From NCBI GenBank assembly GCA_963806225.1, contig CAWDXG010000001.1, positions 512,001-576,000 of the forward strand: a stretch of DNA of 64,000 bases, written 5' to 3'. Made by a program: the position numbers and the translations under genes. The notes beneath the pieces are model-generated. The model was given only the letters and a program-made list of their open reading frames with translations, searched no databases and was not told the DNA's origin. Shown piece by piece: positions 1-8,950 of this stretch. Origin of the DNA: an uncultured delta proteobacterium (lineage in GTDB: Bacteria > Myxococcota_A > Polyangia > Polyangiales > Polyangiaceae). Numbering within the stretch: the first letter of the stretch is position 1; each line of letters opens with the position of its first letter.

Positions 1-747
1 GGCGTAGTCGGTGACGATCTCGGCACCGTGGCGGATGCCGGGTCGGGCCATCTTGAGTGTGGAGCCGACTACGCTAATGAGGTCGACGCGCTCTTCCTGG
101 TCTTCGCTGCGCGTGAAGGTCTTCAGGTCGCTGACGATTTGGCGGACCCGCTCGACGCCCTGTTGCGCCTCGTGCAGGGCCTCCTCCAGCTCGGGGCGGA
201 GCGTGGCCACGGAGCCGGCATCCAACCTGGGCAGCTGCTCGACCAGGAAGGCGATGTTCGCGACCACGTAGGCCAGGGGGTTGTTCACCTCGTGGGCGAC
301 GCCGGCCGCGAGCGTGCCGACCGCCGCCATCCGCTCCGCTTCACGCAACTGGCTCTCGAGTCGTTCCCGATCGCCGAGGTCGCGCACGACGACCGCCAGC
401 GCGGGGGCGCCGTTCCAGCCGATACGCAGCGTGGACAGCTCTGCAGTGATTTCGATTTTTCCGACGAGACGCCGACGGACCGTAGGGAAGGCCGTCCACT
501 CGGGCGCGGTGAGCGAGCGCTCGCCGTTCCGGATGACGTCCGCGAGCTCGTCCGGGTGGATCAACTCTCTCCACTCGCGCAACACGAGGTCGTCGGCGGA
601 GTTGTATCCCAGCATCCGCCCGAGCGCCGCGTTGGCGTAGACGATGCGGCCCATCCGGTGTACGACGATGCCATCCGGAAAGCGGTCGACGATCATCTGC
701 AGGACGGGGTGGGGTACCGTCGCGACCGCGTCCACGGCAGTACGCAT
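1..747 (-). CDS. PAS-domain sensor histidine kinase (runs off the window start; C-terminal part missing)
   Basis: Not in the ORF track because it has no stop in the window. Manual minus-strand translation from ATG 747 gives MRTAVDAVATVPHPVLQMIVDRFPDGIVVHRMGRIVYANAALGRMLGY...LIHPDE (PAS), then ERMAAVGTLAAGVAHEVNNPLAYV (H-box). Start is approximate. Confidence 0.88.
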   Translation of the reverse strand, partial: MRTAVDAVATVPHPVLQMIVDRFPDGIVVHRMGRIVYANAALGRMLGYNSADDLVLREWRELIHPDELADVIRNGERSLTAPEWTAFPTVRRRLVGKIEITAELSTLRIGWNGAPALAVVVRDLGDRERLESQLREAERMAAVGTLAAGVAHEVNNPLAYVVANIAFLVEQLPRLDAGSVATLRPELEEALHEAQQGVERVRQIVSDLKTFTRSEDQEERVDLISVVGSTLKMARPGIRHGAEIVTDYA

Positions 748-918
748 TCCCGAGCGCCCCGTCTGGGCGCCGGCCTCGTCGCCGGGGTGCTTGCGCGCGC
801 CTGCCACATCTACAAGCTGAACGTGTGTCGGGCGCCTGTCCAGACACGATGGTGTCGGTTATGGCTCGTCGCGGCAGGGGACGGCTATCCGCGCCCCTGC
901 CGCGTTCCTCCGGGGGCG

Positions 919-2259
919 TCAGCCCGCCGGGTTCGTGACCTGGCCGACGAAGAGCAGCGTTCCGGAGCTGTCGCGGATGAAGAAGATGAACGAATGGTCG
1001 GCGTTGAAGTCCTTGGGCTGCACGGGCATGCCGCCGGCGTTCATGATCACCGCGGTGGCCGCGGCTGCCTCGGTGCCGGACTCGTCCACGCCGACAAAGG
1101 CCTTCTGCAGCACATCGCCGACGTACAGCTCGCGCTTGGGCTCCATGCCGGAGAAGTCGGCGGCCGGAAACTCGAAGGCGTCCTTCATGCCCAGCGCCTG
1201 GAGCGCCGGCTTGAGCGAGGTCGAGCCCCACTCGAACTTGAACTTCGGCAGGCTCACCGAGACTTCGCTGCCCTGCATCGCCTTGTCGACGCCCTGCATC
1301 CAGCTGGTCGACAGGCCCTTCCGGATCTCGTTGAAGTGTCCCTGCGCGGGCAGCACGATGCGCATCGAGACCGCGCCACCGTCGTAGGGCAGGTCGACGA
1401 CCTGGTAGTTCGTGCCCTCGGCGTAGGACAGCGTCTCGGTCTGGTGCATCGTCGACACGGTGACGTCGCTGCCCGACAGCGGGTGGAATGCGGCGTCGGC
1501 GGTGAAGGTCTTGTCGAACGGATAGACCCAGCTGCCGTAGAAGTAGAGCGCGTTGGTCAGCACCAGCCGCGTCGTCGGATCGATGGCGTCCTTGCCGATC
1601 AGGTTCTTGATGCGCCCCTCGGTGTTGTCGCTCACCCAGCCGTTGATGATCTGGCGTGAGCCGTCCGGGTCACTCGCGAAGTCGAGCAGGTGCACGCCGG
1701 CGTCGTAGCTGACGGCGAGGGTGTCGAGGTACGGCGCGTTGAACTGGTAGTCCTTCTGCGCCCAGCTGGCGTTGACCAGATCGAGGCGCAGGCTCTTGTC
1801 GCCCTCGTCCGTCTTGTGCGGCGCGATGTTCTCCGACGCGAGCGCCATCGCGAGCTTGTTCAGCGCGGGGTGGAGCTTTTCCTGCGGCAGGTCGAAGTGC
1901 ATGGCCTGCGCCATCTGCGTGGCGGTGTCGCCCTTCGCTCCCGCGTAGGTCATCGCCAGCGCGACGGTTGCGCTGATCGGCGACATGATCACGTTGCCGT
2001 CGTCCGACTGCGTGAGCTGGGAGTAGAGGTCGAACGCAAAGTCGCTATTGCCGGTGAGGAGCGACTGGTAGTCGGGGTCGGCGACCTGGGGATTCTTCTC
2101 GTGCTGCAGCGACGAGCGCGCGATGTCGGCGCCGCTTCCACCTCCGGTGCCTCCGGTGCCGGTGCCAGCCGGTTGGTTGGAGGAACCGCAGCCGACCGCC
2201 GCCAGCAGTGCCAAAGTGGCCCCCGAAAGTCCCATTTTCCTACCGAGATTCCGCATCAT
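919..2259 (-). CDS. Serpin (serine protease inhibitor) family lipoprotein
   Basis: Serpin motifs NVIMSPISATVALAMTYAGAKGDT, LVLTNALYFYGSW, VSLPKFK, hinge VDESGTEAAAATAV and FNADHSFIFFIRD..GTLLFVGQV. N-terminal lipobox LLAAVGC. Start trimmed from the 529-aa ORF to MMRNLGRK. Confidence 0.93.
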   Translation of the reverse strand: MMRNLGRKMGLSGATLALLAAVGCGSSNQPAGTGTGGTGGGSGADIARSSLQHEKNPQVADPDYQSLLTGNSDFAFDLYSQLTQSDDGNVIMSPISATVALAMTYAGAKGDTATQMAQAMHFDLPQEKLHPALNKLAMALASENIAPHKTDEGDKSLRLDLVNASWAQKDYQFNAPYLDTLAVSYDAGVHLLDFASDPDGSRQIINGWVSDNTEGRIKNLIGKDAIDPTTRLVLTNALYFYGSWVYPFDKTFTADAAFHPLSGSDVTVSTMHQTETLSYAEGTNYQVVDLPYDGGAVSMRIVLPAQGHFNEIRKGLSTSWMQGVDKAMQGSEVSVSLPKFKFEWGSTSLKPALQALGMKDAFEFPAADFSGMEPKRELYVGDVLQKAFVGVDESGTEAAAATAVIMNAGGMPVQPKDFNADHSFIFFIRDSSGTLLFVGQVTNPAG

Positions 2260-2308
2260 TTTCCGTGTCTCCCTGGGTGCGGCGTACGTGCCGCGTGCCC
2301 CGCCCCCA

Positions 2309-2324
2309 AGCAACCGGTGTGCCA
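2309..2324 (-). promoter_or_regulatory. Sigma-54 (-24/-12) promoter upstream of the serpin
   Basis: Minus strand reads TGGCAC-ACCGG-TTGCT with exact GG-N10-GC spacing, 50 nt before the ATG. Overlapped by the perfect inverted repeat CCGGTGTG-C-CACACCGG (2314-2330). Confidence 0.7.
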
Positions 2325-2524
2325 CACCGGAGCACGTGTGACTACCCGTGCCGCAGACCGGATTCCTGCAGATCGAGCCGCCGCAGTGTGCCAGATCGTG
2401 CCAGCAGGCGGACGGCGTTGTCCCGGGCTTCTTTGCCGAGGGCAACTGCTGCGCTTCGAACTTCCGGCTCGAGACGAACTTCGAGTTCGTCGACTGCGGC
2501 GTCATCAAGTAGGCGCTGGCGCGG

Positions 2525-3463
2525 CTATTTGGCCGCGGCGGTATCCGGCGAGAACGGCTTCATGCCCGCCGGGTCCTTGCAGCAGCGGGTGCTGACGAAA
2601 TAGTAGCTGAAGGTCGGGTAGTGACTGGTCGTGACGGGCCGGCAGGCGTTGCGAACGTGCCCCCACGCGCCGCCCTTGAGCGCCGCGAAGACGGCGTGCT
2701 CCTTCGGGCGGTCGTGAGCCGCGAGCGTCCACTCGTCGAAGTTGCCGGTCATGTCGTACACGCCGTATCCGCTCACGCACTCCGGCTTGCCGCCGCTCGG
2801 CACGCTCTCGTCGAGGCGCTTCAGTTCCGGATCGCGGACGGCTGGCTTTTCCGAGTAGATCTTCGCGAGGCTCGGCTTGATCCAGCGGTTGTCGATGTTG
2901 CAGATCTTCTTCGACCGCACGTAGCCGGCGGGGAAGGGCAGGTCCTTCGGCCCTTCGCAGGCCGCTGTCCACTCGCTCTCGTAGCAGAGGCGCTTGCCCT
3001 CGGCGGCGCACTTCCCCATGGCCGTGTACCAGTCGATCATGACCGGCGGGTGCGCGCCCTTCTTGTTCGGGTACTCGTAGCGGTCGATGCAGAAGTCGAG
3101 CTGGATGTGCTGGCCGATGCACTTCGGCGGCGCCTGCTTGAACTCCTGGCAGATGTGCAGGTGGTTCGGCTTGTCGTAGGTGCTGTGCAGGCAGGTACGC
3201 TCCACCTTGGTGCAGAAGTTCTTCTTGATGTGGATCATGCCGTCGGGGCATTGCGCCTGGGCGGTCGCGGCCTCGGCTCCGGCATCGCCCGCCTCCGGCG
3301 CGGCGTCCGGCGTTCCGGCGTCGACGGCTGGAGCGGGTGCAAGCGTCGTGGCCGGCGGGGGCGGCGGAGGCGCCGGCATCTGCGCTCCGCCGCACGCCGA
3401 AAGCCCCGTGAGCGCGAACGCCGTCCCCAGCTGGCGCGCAATCTGTCGCGAGAGACGACCCAC
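2525..3463 (-). CDS. SUMF1/FGE-sulfatase (formylglycine-generating enzyme fold) domain lipoprotein
   Basis: CPDGMIHI, FCIDRYEYPN, KRLCYESEWTAACEG, YGVYDMTGNFDEW, LKGGAW, TRCCKD. Lipobox LSAC followed by a Pro/Ala linker. Confidence 0.85.
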   Translation of the reverse strand: MGRLSRQIARQLGTAFALTGLSACGGAQMPAPPPPPPATTLAPAPAVDAGTPDAAPEAGDAGAEAATAQAQCPDGMIHIKKNFCTKVERTCLHSTYDKPNHLHICQEFKQAPPKCIGQHIQLDFCIDRYEYPNKKGAHPPVMIDWYTAMGKCAAEGKRLCYESEWTAACEGPKDLPFPAGYVRSKKICNIDNRWIKPSLAKIYSEKPAVRDPELKRLDESVPSGGKPECVSGYGVYDMTGNFDEWTLAAHDRPKEHAVFAALKGGAWGHVRNACRPVTTSHYPTFSYYFVSTRCCKDPAGMKPFSPDTAAAK

Positions 3464-3513
3464 GGCCCGTGCCTAGCACGCGCCGCGTGTGCGGCGCGAC
3501 ACCGGCCGCGGGG

Positions 3514-4182
3514 TCAGCTGCGCGCACCCGCATCGGCCTGCCGCGGCGGATCGAGGACCAGATGCGGCAGCATGCGCTTGAGGCTGCGCACGCCGATGCC
3601 CCGCACGCGGAGCAGATCGGTCGCCCTGCGGAAGCGCTTCAGCCGCCGGCGCAGCTTGACGATGCTGCGGGCGCGCTTGTCGCCCACGCCAGGCAGGCGC
3701 GTGAGCTCCTCGGCGCTGGCGACATTGAGGATCACCTTGCCGTCGGCGGTGATGCCGCGGGGGTGGCCCGGGCTACCGGCGTCGCTAGAGTCCGCCGAAG
3801 CGCTCGACGCTGGCGACGGCCGGACCGCCTGCCCCGGGGGCTTTGTCTTCGCTGGGCTCCCTCTGCGCTGCGAGGCGAGCCAGGCGGAGCCGATGTCGTC
3901 GACGACCGGAGCGCCGGTCGCGACCGGCACGCCCTGGACGCCCGACAGGATCGACGCCGCTCCGACGCCGGCCAGAGCCAGCATGAACAGCAGGATGGCC
4001 GCGGCCTTGAGCGCCACCGGCGCCCAGACGCTCTGCCGGTAGCGTTCGCGCAGCTGCGCGAACGGTCCGCCGGGCTGGGCGGGGGCCGCGCTACGACCCC
4101 CGCCCGGCTCGACGCCGACGACGCTCTTCTTCGAGACCGGACCGCCCGTGGGCGATCCGGTTTCCAGCTCGATGAGGCTCAT
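3514..4182 (-). CDS. comEA: ComEA-family helix-hairpin-helix DNA-binding protein
   Basis: One TM helix, a low-complexity linker, then ILNVASAEELTRLPGVGDKRARSIV...FRRATDLLRVRGIG (tandem HhH). Confidence 0.85.
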   Translation of the reverse strand: MSLIELETGSPTGGPVSKKSVVGVEPGGGRSAAPAQPGGPFAQLRERYRQSVWAPVALKAAAILLFMLALAGVGAASILSGVQGVPVATGAPVVDDIGSAWLASQRRGSPAKTKPPGQAVRPSPASSASADSSDAGSPGHPRGITADGKVILNVASAEELTRLPGVGDKRARSIVKLRRRLKRFRRATDLLRVRGIGVRSLKRMLPHLVLDPPRQADAGARS

Positions 4183-4196
4183 CGGATCACCTGGCC

Positions 4197-4436
4197 TCAG
4201 GCGTACTGCACGACGGTTTCGGTGGACGCGCCATCGCCGTTGCTGCGCCGGGCCGCCGCGGCGGCTTCGTCGCGCGGCGTGTAGTCGCGGATCTGGAACT
4301 CGCCCGAAACGGGCACGGCCTCGAGCTTGACGTTCAGCGAACCGTCGCGGTTCACGAACGCGACGCCGACGCGGTTCCAGTAGTTGCGCCCGTTGCGCTC
4401 GGTGATGACGTAGACGATCTTCATTTTGGCATCCAT
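4197..4436 (-). CDS. Small (79 aa) hypothetical protein, beta-rich, possible nucleic-acid binder
   Basis: MDAKMKIVYVITERNGRNYWNRVGVAFVNRDGSLNVKLEAVPVSGEFQIRDY.... SD-like GAGGAG upstream of ATG 4436. Ends 14 nt before comEA. Confidence 0.8.
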   Translation of the reverse strand: MDAKMKIVYVITERNGRNYWNRVGVAFVNRDGSLNVKLEAVPVSGEFQIRDYTPRDEAAAAARRSNGDGASTETVVQYA

Positions 4437-4514
4437 GACGTGTCTCCTCGGGTTGACGTGCCGCCTGGCCCGCGCGCGGGGTGCGTGGCGGGTGGCGGCG
4501 GCACCCGGGGATGG

Positions 4515-4530
4515 AGCGAGCCGCGTGCCA
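4515..4530 (-). promoter_or_regulatory. Sigma-54 promoter upstream of the small-protein/comEA pair
   Basis: Minus strand TGGCACG-CGGC-TCGCT with GG-N10-GC spacing, about 80 nt upstream of ATG 4436. Confidence 0.55.
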
Positions 4531-4687
4531 GAACCCAAGGGGCCGGGATCATTGGCGTTTGCATCCCGCGGGGGGTGGCGGCGCCAGGTTCCGCCGGTGG
4601 CGGCCGCCACCCTGCGCCGGGCGGTTTGCCGGGCCCTGGCCAGCGTGGTCTACTCCCGCTTACGTAACGGCAGCCAGGAGACGAACC

Positions 4688-5779
4688 ATGAACGAGCGTC
4701 GCGGGGGCGGAGTTTCACGCCGTGAGATGATGAAAGGCGCGGCGGTAGCCGGCCTGGGTGTCGCCGGAGCCGGCCTGCTCTCTTCCGCAACGGCCGAAGC
4801 CGCCGATCGCCCGGCCATCGATCACCTGATCGCCAAGGCGCCAGCGGGTTTCAAGCCGATGGTGGTGCCCGGCAAGGTGGTCAAGGTGACCAGGGCCGGC
4901 GATTTCAAGTCGCTGATGCAGAAAAACGAGCTCTGGCCGAAGCCCGAGGTGGCGCGCGCCATGTTCGAGAAGGGGATGACCGCTTTCACCGGCGCGCCGA
5001 ATGCCGTCGAGGCGATGAAGAGGTTCATCCACAAGGACGACGTCGTCGCGATCAAGGTCAACGGCATCGCGCTCCAGGCGCTGGCCACGAACTTCGAGCT
5101 GATCCTGCCGGTGGTCGAGACGGTGCTCAAGCTCGGCGTTCCGGCCGACAGGATCACCGTCTACGAGCAGTACCCCAAGTTCCTGGCGGGGACGCGCATC
5201 GGTCGCAAAGGCTACGACCTGCCGGCCGGCGTGAAGACAGCCACGCACAACAACAACAACCACCCGATGCCGCCGGTGCGCATCTACAACGGCATCCCGA
5301 CGAAGTACTGCCGCTTCCTGCTCGAGGCGACCGCGGTCATCAATATCAGCATGGTCAAGGATCACTCGATCTGCGGCTACACGGGCCTGCTCAAGAACAT
5401 GACGCACGGCAACGTGAACAATCCGCAGGCCCACCACGACCACAATGCCAGCCCGCAGATCGCGATGCTCTACAACCATCCGATCGTGACGAGCCGCGCG
5501 CGGCTGAACATCACCGACGCCTTCAAGGTGAAGTACGATCGCGGACCGCTCGACAAGCAGCCGGCTACCAAGACGCCCTACGGCGCCGTGTTCGTGTCGA
5601 CCGATCCGGTGGCGATGGACCGCCTCGGCTGGGGCATCGTCGAGGCCGAACGCAAGAAGCGGCATCTGCCGACGCTGGAGCAGGCTCACCGCGAGCCCCG
5701 CTACATCAAGGTGGCGGGCGAGCTCGGCCTCGGCGTCTACGATCTGAACGCTATCCGCCTGCAGACCGTCCAGGCCTGA
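4688..5779 (+). CDS. Tat-exported DUF362-family protein (putative Fe-S/lactate racemase-related fold)
   Basis: Twin-arginine signal SRREMMKGAAVAG...AEA. DUF362-like motifs DVVAIKVN, INISMVKDHSICGYTGLLKN.THG, LNITDA, STDPVAMD. Confidence 0.8.
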   Translation: MNERRGGGVSRREMMKGAAVAGLGVAGAGLLSSATAEAADRPAIDHLIAKAPAGFKPMVVPGKVVKVTRAGDFKSLMQKNELWPKPEVARAMFEKGMTAFTGAPNAVEAMKRFIHKDDVVAIKVNGIALQALATNFELILPVVETVLKLGVPADRITVYEQYPKFLAGTRIGRKGYDLPAGVKTATHNNNNHPMPPVRIYNGIPTKYCRFLLEATAVINISMVKDHSICGYTGLLKNMTHGNVNNPQAHHDHNASPQIAMLYNHPIVTSRARLNITDAFKVKYDRGPLDKQPATKTPYGAVFVSTDPVAMDRLGWGIVEAERKKRHLPTLEQAHREPRYIKVAGELGLGVYDLNAIRLQTVQA

Positions 5780-5866
5780 TGCGAATCCCGCGTCTCGCTG
5801 CGCCGAGGCGTTGCGTTCTCGAGCTGGGTTCGCCTTGGTCGACTTGACGTTCCATAATCTCCAGCA

Positions 5867-6590
5867 GTGCTGCGTCCAACGGATGTGAAACGGCAAGCGG
5901 TGCGGGTCGGCCTTTTCGCACTGGTGCTGCTCGGCGCCAGCGCCTGCGGCCCCAGCGTCGTGCGCCAGCCGCCGGGCCGTCCTCCGACGCCGCGCTCGGT
6001 GAGCGTTTCGGAGCCCGGCGGCGACGCGGCGGATTCCGCATCGCGCGGCACTGAAGCGCCTGCTCGCCGCGCCCTGGGGGCGCAGGAACGACAAGGACGG
6101 ACAGCTCGAGGCGCCGACTCCCGACTGGAAGAACTGGAAGCGTGTCCGCTACTGGGGCGTCCACCACTTCACCGGCTTCCGCTATGGCGACGAGCATCAC
6201 GTCATCGCCATCGTGTTCGTCAAGCCCGTGCCCGAAGGCGTGACGCCGGACGCCGACGCGTGCATGGAGCGTTTCGTGTCCTGGGCCCGCTCCAGGATCC
6301 GCAACTTCGACGTGAAGCTCGGGTCCATCGAGCGCAAGGATGGCCACTGGCGCGGCAAGCAGATGGACGTGGAGTCCGTGGACGGCAACGTCGACTTCGG
6401 CTTCTCGCACCACCACTTCTCGGCGGCGTGGGCGACGTATCCGGCCTATCCCGATGCCTGCCTGACCTACGCGATCGCAGTGCCCTGGCGCGGGCAGAAG
6501 GAGCTCGCCCAGAAGCTCCGCGACCGCTGGGTCGACGAGGGCTTCTCGCGCATGCGCACGCTCACGAAGAAGGCGCCGCACCGCCAGTAG
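5867..6590 (+). CDS. Hypothetical lipoprotein, interrupted by a +1 frameshift near 6034
   Basis: Lipobox LLGASAC in ORF 5867. Removing one T from GGATTCCG (6031-6038) gives ...GGDAADPHRAALKRLLAAPWGRRNDKDG...WKRVRYWG... and joins ORF 6213-6590. Confidence 0.7.
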
Positions 6591-6839
6591 CTATCCGCCG
6601 AAGCCCGCCAGGATCCTGGCCACCGCGTAGACGCACACGGCGCCCACCCAGATCAGGCTGCGGAAGCGCATGCCCGCGTCAGAGCCCCAGTACGGAGCCA
6701 GCGGCGGTACGAGCAGGGCGATCGGAGCGCGCCAGCGGGGATGCCGCATGAGGAGCCCCACCACGAGCGAGACGTGAGCGGTGACCAGGACGCCGAAGGC
6801 GACGCTGGCAACGAGGTAGATGGCCAGATCCACGGGCAA
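6591..6839 (-). CDS. Small membrane protein (about 3 TM helices)
   Basis: 82-aa hydrophobic ORF that fills the gap convergently with the upstream gene. Confidence 0.65.
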   Translation of the reverse strand: MPVDLAIYLVASVAFGVLVTAHVSLVVGLLMRHPRWRAPIALLVPPLAPYWGSDAGMRFRSLIWVGAVCVYAVARILAGFGG

Positions 6840-7001
6840 CCCATGCTAGATCAGCGCGTCCCGCCGTGCGGGTCCGCGCGCCGCGGCCTTGGCCTGCCTG
6901 CCCGTGGGGGTCGCGGCCCGCTGGCCTGGAACGGCAGAATCCTTGCGCGGGGCGCCGCTTTTGGCTGGTTCGGCGCGGCGCGCTGCTAGACTCCGCGGAC
7001 T

Positions 7002-8879
7002 GTGAGAAACACCCTCCTGCTCGCCCTGGCCGTGCTGATCGGTCTCCTGGCTCCGTTGGGCCTCTGGCAGACCGCTTTCGCCCAGGGCAAGTCCCGCGAT
7101 TCCGGCATCCTGCCCGTGCGGGACATCAAGCCGGGCATGAAGGGCTACGGCCTCACCGTGTTCAAGGGGACAGAGCCGGAGCAGTTCGCGGTTTCCGTGA
7201 TCGGTGTGCTGAAGAATTTCCAGCCGCGCCAGGATCTCATCCTGATCAAGACGAAACACCCGCGGCTCGCCGTGACCAAGGTCGTGGCCGGGATGAGCGG
7301 CAGCCCGATCTTCATCAACCACAAGATGGTCGGGGCTTATGCATACGGTTGGACCTTCGGTGAAGAGCCCGTCGCGGGCGTGACGCCGATCCAGAACATG
7401 CTGAACGAGCTGCACCGCCCGATCCCGAAGATGATCAACGGCTGGCCGCTGGTGCCGGGCCCTCCGCACGGCAAGCGCCAGGCACGTCGATCGATGAGCT
7501 CGGTGAATCGCTATGCCGGTTCGCTCGATCACTACGATCTCGACCAGCATGCCCGGCAGATCGAAAAGCACAACGCCTTGATGCTGCCCGGCTCGTCGAG
7601 CCCCGCCAGGCCGGTCGACACGCCGCTCTTGATGGGCGGCATGACGAGCTCGGCGATGGGTCTGGCGAAGAAGCTGCTCTCGCCGCTCGGGCTGGCCCCG
7701 CTTCAGGCGGGTGGCGGCGGCAGCGCCGAGCAGGCCGGCGGCGGTCCCAACCACTTCGTGGATGGCGGAGCGATCGGCGTGCAGCTCATCCGGGGCGACA
7801 TGAGCGCCATGGGCCTCGGAACGGTGACCAGCGTCCATGGCAACAAGCTGGTCGCGTTCGGCCATCCCATGATGCAGTCCGGTGTCACGGCGCTGCCGAC
7901 CTGCACCGGCAAGGTGCTGTGGTTCCTCGCCAGCAAGATGCGCTCGTTCAAGATCGGCGAGCCTCTCAGGCCGCTGGGCGCGCTGGTGAACGACCGCCTC
8001 GCGGCCATCGTCGTCGACGAGAACGTCAAGGCTCCGGTCATCCCCGTGACGATGCACATCAAGGGAGTGGACGGAGCGCCGGTCACCGACTGGAAATTCC
8101 AGGTGGCCGAGGAGAAGTTCATGTCGCCCGCCTTCCTCGCGATCGCCCTCGGCAACGCGCTGCAGGCGACCGCGGCCGAGCGTCAGGACGTGAGCTGGAC
8201 GGCCCAGAGCCACCTGGCGATCCATGGGCACGGCAGCATCGACCTCGAGGACTTCGGCGTGGCCATCGGCGGCACGCCCGACCCCCAGGACTTCGTGCGC
8301 TCCAATCTGGTGCGCTCGATGGGCGCCCTGATGAACAACCCCTGGCAGCCGGTGCTGATCGACGGCGTCGAGATGACCATCCGGCTGCGCTACGCGCGCG
8401 ACATCCTGCGCCTGCGAGGCAGCGAGATCCTCGATCCGGAGGTTCAGGCGGGGCAGGCGGCGCGCATCCGCCTGACGCTGATCCCGTACGCCTCCAAGCC
8501 GGTGACGCGGATCGTCTCGGTGCCGATTCCGGCGCATCTGGCCGGCAAGACGCTGTCGCTCGAGATCTCGCCCGGCTACACGGAAGAGCGCGATCTGGCC
8601 GATCCAGACAATCTCGGCGCTCTCATCCACAACCTGGCCCACGCCACCTATCCGCCAAAGTCGGTCATCATCTCGTTCAACGCCGGCGACGGCGCGGTGA
8701 GCTACAAGGGTCACGTCGCGAAAGACCTCCCGCCCGGCGCGCTCGACGCGATCCGCCCGACTTCCAGCTCGGTGGCACCCGACACCTTCCGCTCCGAGAC
8801 GCGGCTCGTGGTACCGCTGCCCGACTTCATGACCGGGCAGGACCACGTGAGCGTGGAAGTGAAGCCCGTACTGCACTGA
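7002..8879 (+). CDS. SpoIVB/peptidase S55 domain secreted protein
   Basis: Signal peptide; IKPGMKGYGLTVFKG; VVAGMSGSPIFINHKMVGA (catalytic Ser motif); LGTVT....LVAFGHP. Confidence 0.85.
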   Translation: MRNTLLLALAVLIGLLAPLGLWQTAFAQGKSRDSGILPVRDIKPGMKGYGLTVFKGTEPEQFAVSVIGVLKNFQPRQDLILIKTKHPRLAVTKVVAGMSGSPIFINHKMVGAYAYGWTFGEEPVAGVTPIQNMLNELHRPIPKMINGWPLVPGPPHGKRQARRSMSSVNRYAGSLDHYDLDQHARQIEKHNALMLPGSSSPARPVDTPLLMGGMTSSAMGLAKKLLSPLGLAPLQAGGGGSAEQAGGGPNHFVDGGAIGVQLIRGDMSAMGLGTVTSVHGNKLVAFGHPMMQSGVTALPTCTGKVLWFLASKMRSFKIGEPLRPLGALVNDRLAAIVVDENVKAPVIPVTMHIKGVDGAPVTDWKFQVAEEKFMSPAFLAIALGNALQATAAERQDVSWTAQSHLAIHGHGSIDLEDFGVAIGGTPDPQDFVRSNLVRSMGALMNNPWQPVLIDGVEMTIRLRYARDILRLRGSEILDPEVQAGQAARIRLTLIPYASKPVTRIVSVPIPAHLAGKTLSLEISPGYTEERDLADPDNLGALIHNLAHATYPPKSVIISFNAGDGAVSYKGHVAKDLPPGALDAIRPTSSSVAPDTFRSETRLVVPLPDFMTGQDHVSVEVKPVLH

Positions 8880-8950
8880 TCTCCGTCGTCCCCCGTGGTC
8901 CCTGTCGCCCGGGCGCCGTCACGCCGGCGGCCCGCTAGAGGAAGCCCCCA

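Noticed and set aside
28..1659. Long ORF-track entries such as 28-1659, 6846-8876, 15240-18098, 19677-21923, 27964-30420 and 45892-47808
   Set aside because: These are antisense or off-frame shadows of real genes, as expected at high GC. They are Arg/Ala/Gly-rich and carry no domain motifs.
2525..3463. FGE-fold gene as a DGR target or an active formylglycine-generating enzyme
   Set aside because: No reverse transcriptase or template repeat is visible in the window. The catalytic Cys pair after the GG motif is not evident (GGAWGHVRNACR), and no sulfatase is adjacent.
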